A stretch of 63,598 nucleotides of DNA, counting the filler, from Reclinomonas americana ATCC 50394 (lineage: Eukaryota), in the NCBI GenBank assembly GCA_048213135.1. It is 7 parts of 3 records of this genome, joined end to end, with 100 filler letters (N's around TTAATTAATTAA, not from the genome) between each part and the next. Parts side by side here need not be neighbours in the genome. Positions count along the whole stretch, not along the records: positions 1 to 11,785 come from PS015701.1; positions 11,886 to 24,676 come from PS015701.1; 5 more parts are not named here. One strand, written 5' to 3'. Below, piece after piece: positions 1 through 12,487 of this stretch. Position 1 is the stretch's first letter. The number at the start of each line of letters is the position of its first letter. The notes beneath the pieces were generated by a model that did not search any database, was not told the origin of the DNA, and saw nothing but the letters and a program-made list of their open reading frames with translations. A program made the translations under genes and the position numbers.

Positions 1-14
1 ACGTACGTACGTAC

Positions 15-62
<48 letters not shown>

Positions 63-244
63 CTCTCTTCTTCTTCCTCCTCTCTCTCTCCGCCCTCCTC
101 TCTCTCTCTCTCTCTCTCTCTCGTTCTTCTGTCTCTCCTCAACATCCTCTCTCTCTCCTCACTCTCTTTCACTGTCAATCTTCCTTCCCCTTCTTCCCCC
201 TCCTGTCCCTTCCCTCCCTCTCCCTCCCTTCCCCGATCACCCAC

Positions 245-2736
245 CTCCACAATCTTCGCGAGAGGCATCGGGCACACATGTGGGAGATACCGGCTGAACG
301 ACGGCGTGCTCCACGTGCCGTCCGCCTGCCGATTCGGCATCAGCAGGCCGGCCAGACAGCACGCAATGTACGAGTTGATGTCGTCGTTGGTGATGCGCAC
401 GTAGGAGCCACCGGCGCCACTCCTCCGCTCGCCCTTGAGGGCCTTGGAGAGTGCATTCAGCAGCACGTCGTTGCGAAAGTTGAGCACGCAGTCGGTGTAC
501 TGCGTGAGGCGCGACATGGAGAGCACGGTGTTGTAGTTTTGCAGCGGCGACTCGCCGGTGCTGTGCGGGGAGACGCACACCGAGGTGATGACGTGCGCTG
601 GGTACTCGCCGCGCAGCAGCTCCACCAGGCGACTTCCCAGGCCGGATCCGGTGCCTGTGCGAGAGGGGAGAAGGGGAGAAGAGGAACACAAGGAGGATAA
701 ACAAGGCAGAAGGCACAGGGTGAAGACAATGTCGATGCAGGCAAGGAATGGAGAAGAGAATGCAGATATGACGAAAGGAGACGGTAAAGTCCACTAGCGT
801 GTGGAGAAATCACAAAAGGAGACGGTGAAGTCCGCGATGCCGCACAGAAGCACAACGCAGACGAGAGGGAAGAGAACAGCGACCGTGAGCGCAATGTCGT
901 CTCCGTACCGCCCAATGACGGCAGAATCATCAAGGACACGACAACAAGTAATGATGACAAAACGATGACGCTGGAACCACACAGACACAGACACACAGAC
1001 ACACAGACACACAGACACACACGCACACACACACACACGCACACACACACACACACACACGCACACACACGCACACAGACAGAGAGAGAGAGGCCGCACC
1101 TCCACTCAGACTGTGAAACACCACCAGATCCGTGACCGCGTCGGCCTTTTCGCACTCGCGACGGACGTGATCCATGGCGCCGTCGGAGAGAGAACATCGC
1201 GGGACTTCGTCTTCGAGGATGCCGCGTCGTCGTTGCACGCCGTGGTAGCCTGGTGAGAGAAAAGGAGGGAGGATGGAGAGAGAACGGTGAGAGGAAGAGG
1301 GGGAAGAGGAAGAGGAGAGAATAGCGAACACGAAGAACAGAAGAGAAAAGACGATGAAGAGAAAGAGACGGAGGAGGAGGACGAGGAAGAGAGAGATGGA
1401 AGAGGAAGGAGAATGGAGGAGAACAGCGAGTTGCCTCAGTTCTACATTGGAGGAACTACAGGGCGACAAGGAAGGAAGGGAGAAGAGGGAGGAGGAAGAG
1501 AGATGAGGGAAGAGAATGGAGGAGGAAAAGCAGGCAGCGAGCTGTTCTTCTCCACTGTGAACTGGAGGAAGACAGAGAAGCAATGGTATAGAGAGGAAGG
1601 AAGACAAGAGGAGGAAGAGAAATATGGAAGGAGGAGGAGAGAAAGAGAAGACGAAGAGAACAGAGAACGGCGAGTTGTCCCTCAGAAGAATGAAAAGGGG
1701 AGACAGACGGAAGTAAGAAATGTGAGGAGGTGACAACAGCGAGATCAGCGAGTTGTCCCTCAGCAAGTGCTGTGGAGCAAGACAGAAGGAACAAAGAAGA
1801 GGGAAGACAAGAGGAGGAAGAGAAAGGAGGAAGAGGGAAGCAAGATCAGCGAGTTGTCCCTCCGCTGCCGAGAGAAGCCAAGGAATACTGAAGAGGGAAG
1901 ACAAGAGGAGGAAGAGAAGAAGGGAGATAAGAGGAGGAAGTGAAGAGGGAAGACAAGAAGAGGAAGAGAAGATGAAAGACAAGAGGAGAAAAGAGCAATG
2001 AGTTGTCCTTCATGAGAGAGAGGGCTGTGTCATTCACCCATTGCCCAGTTGTTTCCGCGTCCACTCTGCTCAAAGACGACATTCTCGGGTCGGAAGAAGC
2101 CGCCAGAGAGGTGCTTGCTGAGGGCTTTGATGACCTATGACAAGGAGATGAGCAAGAAAGAGAGAGAGACTGTGAGAGAGACTAAGTGTTAACCTTGGGC
2201 TCACTGTCAACGAGCACTGTCTTGAGCAGTCCATCGGCTTGGAAGAAGGCGTGACGAGACCATGTTCTGCGCAGAGAGAGAGAGAGACAAGTGTGAGAGA
2301 AAGGGAGAGAAAGAGAGAGACAAGAGAGACAAGAGAGACAAGTGAGAGGCAAGTGAGAGACAGGTGAGAGACAGTGAGAGACAAGTGAGTGTGTGTGTGA
2401 GACAAGAGACTGGTGGGCAATCAGGCACTGTGTGTGTGTGTGTGTGTATGTGTGTGTGTGAGAGAGAGAGAGTAGTTTGTGAGTGAGAGAGGGAGACAGA
2501 TGAGTGAGACTGGTGGGCACGTGAGTGAGTGAGTGAGTGAGTGAGTGAGTGAGTGAGTGAGAGAGTGAGTGAGTGAGAGAGAGTGAGAGGGTGAGAGGGT
2601 GACAGGAGAGAGTGAGTGTGTCAATCAATCAATCTGTGTACTTTTTCTCATCGCGTTCATCCTCTGTGCAGACAACATCCCAGAAGGCGGTGGCGACTTG
2701 ATTGCCACACTGGCCGACTTGCAGGAAGACAGTCAT
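245..2736 (-). CDS. Zeta(eta)-type tubulin, at least 5 exons, 3' end runs off the window
   Basis: Spliced via GT-AG: MTVFLQVGQCGNQV..; LKTVLVDSEPK|VI..EQSGRGNNWAMG; VRRECEKADAVTDLVVFHSLSGG|GTGSGLGSRLVE..GESPLQNYNTVLSMSRL. Tubulin signature GGGTGSG is present. DSEPKV, GRGNNWA and SPLQxYN fit zeta better than delta/epsilon (from memory of the family). Confidence 0.85.
1420..2010. repeat. Degenerate purine-rich tandem repeat in tubulin intron
   Basis: Motif (c)agcgagttgtccctc recurs about 6 times (~1424, 1537, 1670, 1746, 1846, 2000) between GA-rich tracts. Confidence 0.65.
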
Positions 2737-3129
2737 CTCTCTGGCTCGAGTGTGATTGAGTTGTCCTTGAGAGAGTGGGACGAGAGTGGGGAGACCGCGA
2801 AGTTGAGGCCAGGTGAAGCTCTCATCACTTCGTTGAAGCGTAGCCGTGTGGAAAGTCTCCATTGTGCACGGAGATAAAGTTTCAAAGCCTTTGCACCTGG
2901 CAAAGCACCCTTGTTCGCCCTCACTTATGCCAGTGCATCTGTACTGCAACTCTTCGTTTGATCGATGAGTGGAAGCCAACAGAAGCGATCCGATAAGGAG
3001 AACACAATCGTCAGGGTGTCTTCGACTAAGTGCTACTCTCCTCTCTAATACTCCTCTCGGCAGGCTGGAGATGCCAGTAAGGTGGCATCTGTTCGAATTC
3101 ACCAGCACACACACACACACACACACACA

Positions 3130-3225
3130 TAAAGGAACCTGCTGCTGCCTCAAGATCGGTGTCTGTGTTGATGTTTTGGATACGGTTGAACTTGGCCATC
3201 AAGACAGCTGTTGCTTGTTTGTTGG
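3130..3225. repeat. Short dispersed repeat, second copy at ~55472-55565
   Basis: aaggaacctgctgctgcc..caaga..tgtgttg..tgtt..ggat.cggttgaacttgg.catcaagacagc.gttg appears at both sites in the same orientation. Confidence 0.75.
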
Positions 3226-3481
3226 TGAATGAATTTGTTGTCGTTGTTGTTGTACTCAGCGTCCATGTACAGGAAGGTATCTGAGGCACACATAACGTCT
3301 GCGTTCCAGCTGCACCAATCGAGATGAAAGACACTGCAGTCTTGGCTCGACAAGAGAAGAACAAACCGTTCGTGGTGGTGCTGCTGCTGTGGCATTGGAG
3401 GCGAAAGTCAGAATCCGCTGCATGCATTACAACTCCTGCGCAGATCACTGACTCGCCATCGCCAGCTATTCACTTGTCGTG

Positions 3482-5277
3482 CTAGTGACCAATCACCGGC
3501 ACATCCTCCCCCTCCAGCGCCCCCTCTCCATGCACCAGTATCCGCGCCAGCAGCGCCGCATCAATATTTCCCCCCGACACCACCGCCACAATGTGCTTCT
3601 CCGCCGGAATCTCACCCCGCGCCGAGAGCTGCAGTGCGGCGGCCAGTGCGGCACCACCAGCCCCTTCGGCAACGACCTTGTTTCGCAACGCCATGCTCTG
3701 TATCGCGCCGGCCGTGGCAGCCTGGGGGAGGGGGTAAGGCACCACTAGCAGTTGTGAAACACACCAGCGTGTCGCACCTCGGTCACCACCAGCGAGCCGT
3801 CGACCAAGTCACGCACGTGCGGCCACATTTCGTCGAGCACACACGCGCTGCCGATGCCATCAATCAGCTTGGGTGGTCTCGTGTCGATGCGCACAGGATT
3901 GCCGTCTGCGAGAACATCGCCAGTCAGGGGAGGCAGGATCAGGGGTAGTGGGGGAAAGAGTGACGCAACTCTCGAGGGCTGCTGCGAGGGGTGCGGCAAT
4001 GTCGGGCTCGCTGCAGGAGTGGGAAAATAGAGGTGAAACACAAGGAGCGCACAAGGATGCTGCAAGAACACAGACCATGCATACACACGAATGGAGGGGT
4101 CCAGCTCCTTGGCAGCCTGCAGCGAACATGAGCGCAATTGAAAGTGGAAGAGAGAGGCAGACGACGCACCCGCGCAATGCCGACTGTGAGTGCGCCACCG
4201 CCGTATGGAACGACAAAGGCGCCCACTGAGTTGTCGCCGAGCTCGGCGATGACCTCGCGAGCGATGTCTGTGGATGAGGGGAATAGGGAATGAGCGCACT
4301 GACGAGAAGTGAAATATGGCGTCATTCAGCTTTCAGTCTGCAAGTGAATGACAGTTTCTCTCTCTCTCTCTCTCTCTCCATCCCTCCCCTCCCCCCCTCC
4401 TCTCTCTCTTACACTCACCACCATACGCATTCTGCACGCTCCTGTTGCACACCTGCCACCCCCACATGAATGAGACGCACGGCAAGAGACTTGCTCACCT
4501 CGTCACCGCACTCACCGGATGCAAGAACAACGCCCCCGTCGCCGCCAGCTCCCCTCGACACTCGTGCGTCACAATCGTCTCCCACCACTCCGCCATCGGT
4601 ACCCGTCGAACCACCGCACCCAACTCCTCCAGCAGGCGCGTCTTGGCCTCCGGGGCGTGGTCGGGCACCAGCACGTAGCACGGCACAGCGCCAATGCTCT
4701 CCTGCAGCACATCGCGGCAGTAGCGCGCGAGGCCGAGAGCGAAGTTGCCGGCGGAGGCTGTTGAAGTAGGGAAAGGGGGAAAGGGAGGAGAATGAGGGCA
4801 TGGGGAAGATGGACAAGGACGGGAGGCAAACTCTCCTTTGCCTGTCAATGTGCATGCATGCACGCCCCGATCATTCTTCAATTACACCTTCCTCTTTTGT
4901 GCATCTCCCCTCCTTCCCACCCTGCCAAGTTCCTTCTTTGACTACACTCGCATCACGAGTGTCTCTCTGTCTCTCGTGGCTCTTTCATGTTCCCAGGGTT
5001 GCTCTTACTTTGTAGCCATGCGTCACTCGCCTCTCTCTCATTCTCTCTCCCTTTTCCCTTCCCTCTCTGTCACTCTCCCCTCTTCGCGTCTCTTCTCCTC
5101 TTCCTAGGCCTAGCTTTCTCACTCCCCCCTTTCTCACCCTTCACCTTTTATCAATCTATCCCTCTCGCCTTCTCCCTTCCATCCTTCCACCCTTCTCCGT
5201 TCTATTGGTGCCCCGTTGCCCTCGACGCCTTTCACCCTTCTCCTCCTCGGCCTTCCACCCACTTTCCCTCTCATCCG

Positions 5278-5313
<36 letters not shown>

Positions 5314-5931
5314 GTTGACTGCAGCTTGCAGTCTCCTTTCCTTCCTCAATTTCTCCGATCCCTTCCCCTCCCTCCCCTCCCTTCCCCCCCTCCTTCCCCT
5401 CCTCCTCCTCCTCCACCCACCTGTAATCACACCCTTGGAGAGATCCACACCCCTCTCCATCGCGTCCACGAGAGCTCCCCTCGCACCGCGAATCTTGAAG
5501 CACCCGACACTCAGCAAGCATTCACACTTGAGATAAATGCTGTTGCGCGTTTCCTGTAATCAAGAGAGAGAGAGAGAGACAAAGGCAGAGAATAAGAAGG
5601 GGAGGAGGAGACAGAGGCAGGGGGATAAAAAGGAGAGAGGAGAGAGAGAGGAAAAGGAGAGAACGAAGAAGGAGAACAGGAGGAGGAAAAGGAGGATGAG
5701 GCAAAGAAGGACGGAGAGGAGAAGAAGAGTGAGAAGTGAGTGAGTGAAAGAGAATGCGAGAGAGAAGAAGATGAGGAGAAAGAAGAGCAAGCAAATGCAG
5801 AGAGAGAAGGAACAGTGAGAAAGAGAGAAGAGGTAGAGAAGAGCAAAGGAAAGAGATGCAGCGGAAAAGGAGGAGAAACAAGAAAACGCAACTTGCAGAG
5901 TGTTGGCCTTGACCAGTGGCGACTTCTCCAT
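3482..5931 (-). CDS. PLP-dependent threonine dehydratase/serine racemase-like enzyme (fold type II), multi-exon; true start may be slightly upstream
   Basis: KSPLV..; IYLKCECLLSVGCFKIRGA (PLP lysine motif); ASAGNFALG; VVPYGGGALTVG; LIDGIG; VVAEGAGGAALAA; VAVVSGGNID. No C-terminal ACT domain seen. Confidence 0.9.
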
Positions 5932-6253
5932 CGTTGCACAAAAATTGTCGGATTTGTCGGATTTCCTTCACAAACCTGTCGCCAGACTCAGAAAAAAAGA
6001 AGCGAAAACTCTTCGCACATGCACCACACATAGCGCAACAACACACCACAGCGCAATCCACTGCCACTCGCTCCACTGTTGACGACTTCGCTCGTCCTCA
6101 TGTCCGGCGGCACTCAACGCCCGCGATGACGTCATCACTCATCACGCACTCTCTCACTCGCTGCCCTGCGCGAGTGTGTGCGTGTGGCCCTGTCTTCGCA
6201 CACATCTCTCTCTTTTCTCTCTTTCTTTCTCTCTGTCTTCGTCTCTCTGCTCA

Positions 6254-6500
6254 ATGGAACTCCCCATTGCTCAATCCAACAAGCGCATTCAACTTCGCGG
6301 TCTGTTCCCCACACACAGCGGCCAGCGCGTCCTCGTTGAAGCGTCCCGCGATGATCCGTCGATCGGCATGGCACGCCTCGATCCACGCGTCCGTCTCGTC
6401 TCCTCCACCACCACAACATCAACAACACCTGCTGAGTCATCACTGCCATCATCGCACGCAACGTCACCGCCTCGCTCGCTCGCGTCCGCCATGCGCATGA

Positions 6501-6539
<39 letters not shown>

Positions 6540-9500
6540 CGATCAATCATCATTATGCGCAGGTCGGACACAATGACTGTATCTTTGGTGCTGGAACCGC
6601 ATGATTGATTGGTTGGTTTTTTGTTCTCTCTCTTTCTCTCTGTGGGAGTAGGAGCATGTGATGAATCCGCCGGGGCATGCGCCGAAGTTCCGGCCGTCAA
6701 GCTCGTCAATTGTGACGAGGAATGCGCGGGCGTTGTATGGGCATTTGAGTGTGGCGAATCCGGTGGCGGCGACGTATGCGGGTGGGCCGAGTGGTGAGTG
6801 GTGGTGGGAGAAGGGGAAGAGGAGGAGGAGGAGGAGGAGGGAGAGGGCGGAAGGGAGGGCTGGGGGGAAGAGAGGGAGGGAGGAGATTGTCGATCATGAC
6901 TCGTACGGTATATGAAAGTATGGAGAGAACAGTAGCGAGAGAGAGGGAGAGAGAGAGAGAGAGAAGGCCTATCGCCTGCCTGTATCAAGAGAGCACCGAA
7001 GGATCACTGGGAGAAGGTGGGGAGATTGATCGTGTGGCCAGATTTCGGAAGATATGTGAGGCGCGGCGTGAGAGAAAAGGCATATCGTGTGATCGCCGGG
7101 AGTTGGTTGGATCGTTGATGATCATGCCAGCTGATATCGAAGTTGCCGAAGGCGGCGACTCACGCACGCACGCACACACACGCAGATAGAGAGAGAGAGA
7201 GAGAGAAAGAGAGAGAGCATAGCACTTCTACGTTTCTGTACCATCAGCACGCGGAGGATCACTGGGGAGCGGAAGATTGTGGATGCTTGATCATTTGGGA
7301 AGATATCGGAACTGAGAGAGAGAGAGAGAGAGTGTGTGTGTGCGAGAGAGAGAGAGGGAAGGCAAATCGAGTGTGCCTGCATCACGAGGGCACCGAAGGA
7401 TCACCGGGAATAGGTTGGATTGTTGATGATCGTACCAGCAGACATCGAAGTTGCAGAAAGCAGCGACACACGCAAGCACATACGCAGAGAGAGAGAAAGC
7501 GTACTCATCATTGCACGTGAAAGAAGGTTGGGAGATTGAAGGTTGAGAGATATTGATGGATCGTACCGGGAGATATCGTTTGCAGAACGCTGCGACACAT
7601 ACGCACGCACACACACACACACACGCGTACACAAGGACACACACCCTTTCTCTCTCCCTCTCTCACAGCAAGATCGTATATCTGTATCATCATCAGTGCA
7701 CGAAAGGATCTCTGGAAGAAGATGTCAGCAGAGCGAAACACACACACATACATACTACATACGCACAACGAGAGGGAGAGAGAGAGAGAGAGAGAGAAAT
7801 CAGTTTCGGTTTCATCTGTTCACGTGAAGGTTGACGGTCTTTCAAGCTGGTAGCGAAGATGCGCACACTTACGTGGAGAGACATGGATCGCAGACACATC
7901 CAGACAGACAGATAAATAGAAAATAGGCCTTCAAGCAAGCACAAATACAGCGGGAAAGAAACAAGGCATAAAGGGGAAAACAAGCAATAGACGTACATCG
8001 CAGACATGATCAGCGACTGTGAGAGTGGGAGAGAAAGACATTCGTGTTAAAGAGAACAGACCGCTCGCCACATTTCAATAGCATGACGGCAGTTTATCAA
8101 GACCCAGCCTTCTAATCTTCCCCTTCTCCCCTTCCCCCCTCCCTCCCCCATCTTTCTCCATTCTGCAGTCCCCCCCTCCCGCTCCCCCAGCCCACCCCCC
8201 GGCGACCCCGCCCTCGGCGACTCTGCCAACCTCGCCGGCTCCGTCCGCCTGCCTCCACTCCGCTCGCAATCCACACCCCCACTGGCCGCGGCAATTTTGA
8301 ACCAGGGAGTGCAGAAAGGTATTCACATCTCATTCTCCCTCCCTTCTCTCTACTCTCCCCACCTCACACCTTTCCCCCCCGCAACCAGGCCTGCAAGCCT
8401 ACAGTGGCCTCCCACCCGCCGCCGTCGCCGCCTTGACCGACCACCTCCGCGATCCACCGATCACACAAAAGGAGGCGGAGCGATTCTGGGCGCGTTTGGA
8501 GACCGGCAACGGGAGTGTGGAGTTTGCGAGTGGAGTGACTGGACTCGGCGTGGAGACGCCGTACATGATGTTGGTGGGCGCTTCCAACGTGCGACGGCAC
8601 AGTCGGGTGGCTCCGTGGGTTGCGTAGGCGCTGGGAGAGAGTGTGGGGGAAGGGAGAGGGGATGGAAAGGGGGAACAAAGAAGGGGGATGGGGGAGGAGA
8701 CAACAGCGAGGAGGACAGCAGCGGTGAAGAGAAGAGAAGAACTGGTGTTATTGGAAACGATAGAAGCGAGGACAGCGATGCTCGGAAGTTGGTTGCCACA
8801 GGTGAGACAAGAGAGAAGAGGAAGAGCAGAAGCGACTGAGGACAGGGTAAAGACGAAAGTACGAAATGCGCGAAGAGATAATGGAGTGGAGGTAAAGGAC
8901 TTTTAGCAACAGGGAAACACAGCAGGGAAGCGGAGACGAACTGCATTGCGAGAGCAGAAGAAGAGGGCGGATGGTAACAACACGGATGAACAACAACACT
9001 CTTCCTTTCCCCCGTCTCCCTTCTCCCTTTCCCTTTGCTCCCCCTCACCCTTCCCCCCTTTTCCCGCAGAGCTCCGTCCGAGGCCCCTCCCCACCCCCTC
9101 AACAACAACAACAACAACAACAAGGTCCTAACGGCCCTTTGTCCACATCAACCACCACTACTGCCACTACCGCCGCCGCCGCCCGCTCGCCCTCCCCACC
9201 CATCGCCTTCATCTACGGCGCCAGCAGCGCGGACGCCCTCGTGCCGAAGCGCGGACTCTCCATTGTGCCGCGTGAGCAACCGCAGCCTCCGCAGCACCTG
9301 CGCTACAGCCTGCCGCCACCGAAAGCGCGCTCACAGCCGCGCATCTCGCCCTTCCGGCCCGACGACGACGCACACGTGTTGCCGGGCATGCTCGAATCGC
9401 CGCTCTCCCACGGCGCCGCCGCCATGTATTCGCCAGTCGAACCCTCGGCGCCACCCACCACGTTTGCGACGCCCATGTCGCCGCCGCCCGCATCGCCGCC

Positions 9501-9726
9501 ACCTCCTCCGCCGCCGCCCCCACTGGCACCCATGTCGCCGGCCTCGTCCGTCGACCCGCAGTCGCCATCGGCCGCCGTCAAGCGCAAGAAGAAGACGGGC
9601 AAGAAAAAGTCGAAAAAGGCGGCGGCAGCGGCCGCAGTGGAGGCGCCGCCACCCGACATGGTGCCGTCCAAGAAGCGCAAGCGCGAGCACCTGATCAACC
9701 CGGAGGCGCCACCGATTCTGGTCCCC
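6254..9726 (+). CDS. Hypothetical Q/P/S-rich protein with basic NLS-like tract, at least 4 exons, 3' end in gap
   Basis: Phase-consistent exons ~6254-6563, 6651-6793, 8389-8573 and 9070-9726; polyQ, polyP and KRKKKTGKKKSKK. No recognisable domain. Confidence 0.6.
6960..7750. repeat. Degenerate ~200-400 bp unit repeat in intron
   Basis: Recurrent gcaccgaaggatcac.ggga / gatgatc.t.ccagc.ga.atcgaagttgc blocks separated by AG/AC tracts. Confidence 0.6.
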
Positions 9727-10943
9727 NNNNNNNNNNNNNNNNNNNNNNNNNNNNNNNNNNNNNNNNNNNNNNNNNNNNNNNNNNNNNNNNNNNNNNNNNN
9801 NNNNNNNNNNNNNNNNNNNNNNNNNNNNNNNNNNNNNNNNNNNNNNNNNNNNNNNNNNNNNNNNNNNNNNNNNNNNNNNNNNNNNNNNNNNNNNNNNNNN
9901 NNNNNNNNNNNNNNNNNNNNNNNNNNNNNNNNNNNNNNNNNNNNNNNNNNNNNNNNNNNNNNNNNNNNNNNNNNNNNNNNNNNNNNNNNNNNNNNNNNNN
10001 NNNNNNNNNNNNNNNNNNNNNNNNNNNNNNNNNNNNNNNNNNNNNNNNNNNNNNNNNNNNNNNNNNNNNNNNNNNNNNNNNNNNNNNNNNNNNNNNNNNN
10101 NNNNNNNNNNNNNNNNNNNNNNNNNNNNNNNNNNNNNNNNNNNNNNNNNNNNNNNNNNNNNNNNNNNNNNNNNNNNNNNNNNNNNNNNNNNNNNNNNNNN
10201 NNNNNNNNNNNNNNNNNNNNNNNNNNNNNNNNNNNNNNNNNNNNNNNNNNNNNNNNNNNNNNNNNNNNNNNNNNNNNNNNNNNNNNNNNNNNNNNNNNNN
10301 NNNNNNNNNNNNNNNNNNNNNNNNNNNNNNNNNNNNNNNNNNNNNNNNNNNNNNNNNNNNNNNNNNNNNNNNNNNNNNNNNNNNNNNNNNNNNNNNNNNN
10401 NNNNNNNNNNNNNNNNNNNNNNNNNNNNNNNNNNNNNNNNNNNNNNNNNNNNNNNNNNNNNNNNNNNNNNNNNNNNNNNNNNNNNNNNNNNNNNNNNNNN
10501 NNNNNNNNNNNNNNNNNNNNNNNNNNNNNNNNNNNNNNNNNNNNNNNNNNNNNNNNNNNNNNNNNNNNNNNNNNNNNNNNNNNNNNNNNNNNNNNNNNNN
10601 NNNNNNNNNNNNNNNNNNNNNNNNNNNNNNNNNNNNNNNGAGAGAGAGGAAGACGGGCAGAGAGGAAGGAGAGAGAGAAAGAGAGAGAGAACGAGAGAGA
10701 GCGAGGGAGAGTGTGAGTGAGAGAGGGAGGGGAGAGAGTGGGGAAGAGAGACTGGGAGAGACTGAGTGCGAGACTGAGAGGCATAGAGAGAGCCTATAGA
10801 GACTGAGAGAGACAGGCTGAGTGAAAGAGAAAGAACGAGAGAGAGAGAGGAGGGAGAGAGAGAGACTGAGCGAGAGGCAGAGAGACACAGAGCGCGTATT
10901 GCGACTGAGACAGAGAGAGACAGAGACTTACAGAAAGAGAGAG

Positions 10944-10986
<43 letters not shown>

Positions 10987-11829
10987 GTGACGGTGAGAGA
11001 GACTGAGATTGACAGCCAGACAGAGAGACTGAGACTGAGAGAGGCAGAGAGACTCAAAGAATGAACGTGTCTGTTTGCATGACCTTTTGCTTGCCAGTCT
11101 CTTTCTCTCTCTTTTGTCTTGTGTGTCTTCCTTTGTCTTTCGCTCTTTCACTCTTTCTTTCTTTGTTCGTTTCTATCGCAATCTTCAGTTGCAGTCATTT
11201 CTCGACTCAATCTCTCACTCTGTCTCTCTTGAAGTCTATCTCTCGCCTGATCGTGGAATGTGCCTCTGTCTGTCGCCCTCTTCCTCACCATCTCTCTACT
11301 TCCTCACTCTGTCTTGCTCTGCTCGTTCTTAGTGACTCAGTCTCGTTTCTTGCCTCTCTCTCTCTCTGTCTCTCTCTCACTCTCTCTTCCCACAGTCGTT
11401 CGCTGTTTGTTTGTCTCTCTTTTCTCTTTTTCTGTTTGTCTCTCTGCGAATCATTGTCAATCGCTCTCTCTCATCCTCACCTGACTTTCGAGCAGTCTGC
11501 AGTCGAAGTCTTCTTCTTTCTTTTCCCTTCTCACTCACGAATCCTGCGCTTGTTACTTGCAGTTTGTATGCTGCTTGCGTCAGTCTCTGCGTGTCGCTGT
11601 CACCTCCTTCTGTCTCTCTTTCTCACTTTATTGAAGTGTTACTCATCGCTGCCTTGCCTCTCCCCTGCAATACACGCAGATACTTCGGCTTCACGCGATC
11701 ACGTACGTAGTCTGTGCATTACTCTTTCTCGCGTCTTGACGGTGCACTCATATTACCACGTGTCTCTCGCTCCCCTATTTCCATTNNNNNNNNNNNNNNN
11801 NNNNNNNNNNNNNNNNNNNNNNNNNNNNN

Positions 11830-11841
11830 TTAATTAATTAA
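11830..11841. other. Artificial contig linker N-TTAATTAATTAA-N (also 24721, 36083, 48693, 60888, 62428)
   Basis: Identical palindromic 12-mer with stops in all six frames, centred in ~100-nt N blocks six times. Confidence 0.95.
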
Positions 11842-11936
11842 NNNNNNNNNNNNNNNNNNNNNNNNNNNNNNNNNNNNNNNNNNNNCATTCTTCGTCATTC
11901 ACCACTTTCTTGTTGGGTTGCCTTTTTCATGCGCAG

Positions 11937-12487
11937 CAAGAGAGCTTGGCAGATGGCGTTCGAAGGCGATATGACCGCGTTGCGCAAGCTAATAGTGCGT
12001 AAGGGCGCGCACATTCTGCTCAAGAAAGAGGAGATGCATGAGGGGGGCTCTGCATTTTATGCTGCCTCTCAGCAAGGCCATCTCTCTGTGTTGGAGTTCT
12101 TGTGGGAGGAGAGTGGTGTCGGTCCAGAACTCGCACTGGTGCCTAACGACTATGGCTTGACGCCACTGATGGTTGCTGCCATCAAAGGTCATCTGCAAGT
12201 GGTCGAGTGGTTGCTGGCCGATGAGCGACGATGTCCGCCGGAGATGGTGCGGGCGGTCGCCGATGATTGTGACGACCGTCCGCAATCCACTGCGCTGCAT
12301 TTTGCTGCCGATTGCGGTCATGAAGCTGTTGTTTGCCTGCTTGCCACCCGCTTTCCCGACCTCATTCCCATGGTCGACGATGAGGGCAAGACCGCGGCTG
12401 ATAGTGCTCGCGCCAGTGACAAGGAACGCGTGGCCGAGTCGCTCGATCGCCTTGCTGCACTGGTAGCGCCACCTCCTCGTCAACAAG
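11937..12487 (+). CDS. Isolated ankyrin-repeat exon of the ANK-CC-kinase family (probably the missing exon 2 of copy C)
   Basis: [68 protein letters not shown] acceptor and GT donor present; flanked by gaps. Confidence 0.9.

Noticed and set aside
1..16. ACGT/TACG repeats here and at ~56627-56650
   Set aside because: Located at contig ends next to microsatellites; resembles a pyrosequencing flow-order artefact.
930..1982. Long S/L/F- or R/E-rich ORFs (also 11061-11837, 44434-45538, 48911-49807)
   Set aside because: Products of CT/AG microsatellite introns lacking stops; no domain signal.
11830..11841. Recurrent TTAATTAATTAA palindrome
   Set aside because: Always centred in N blocks, so it is an assembly linker. 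AASDH and apparently the KH gene run across it.
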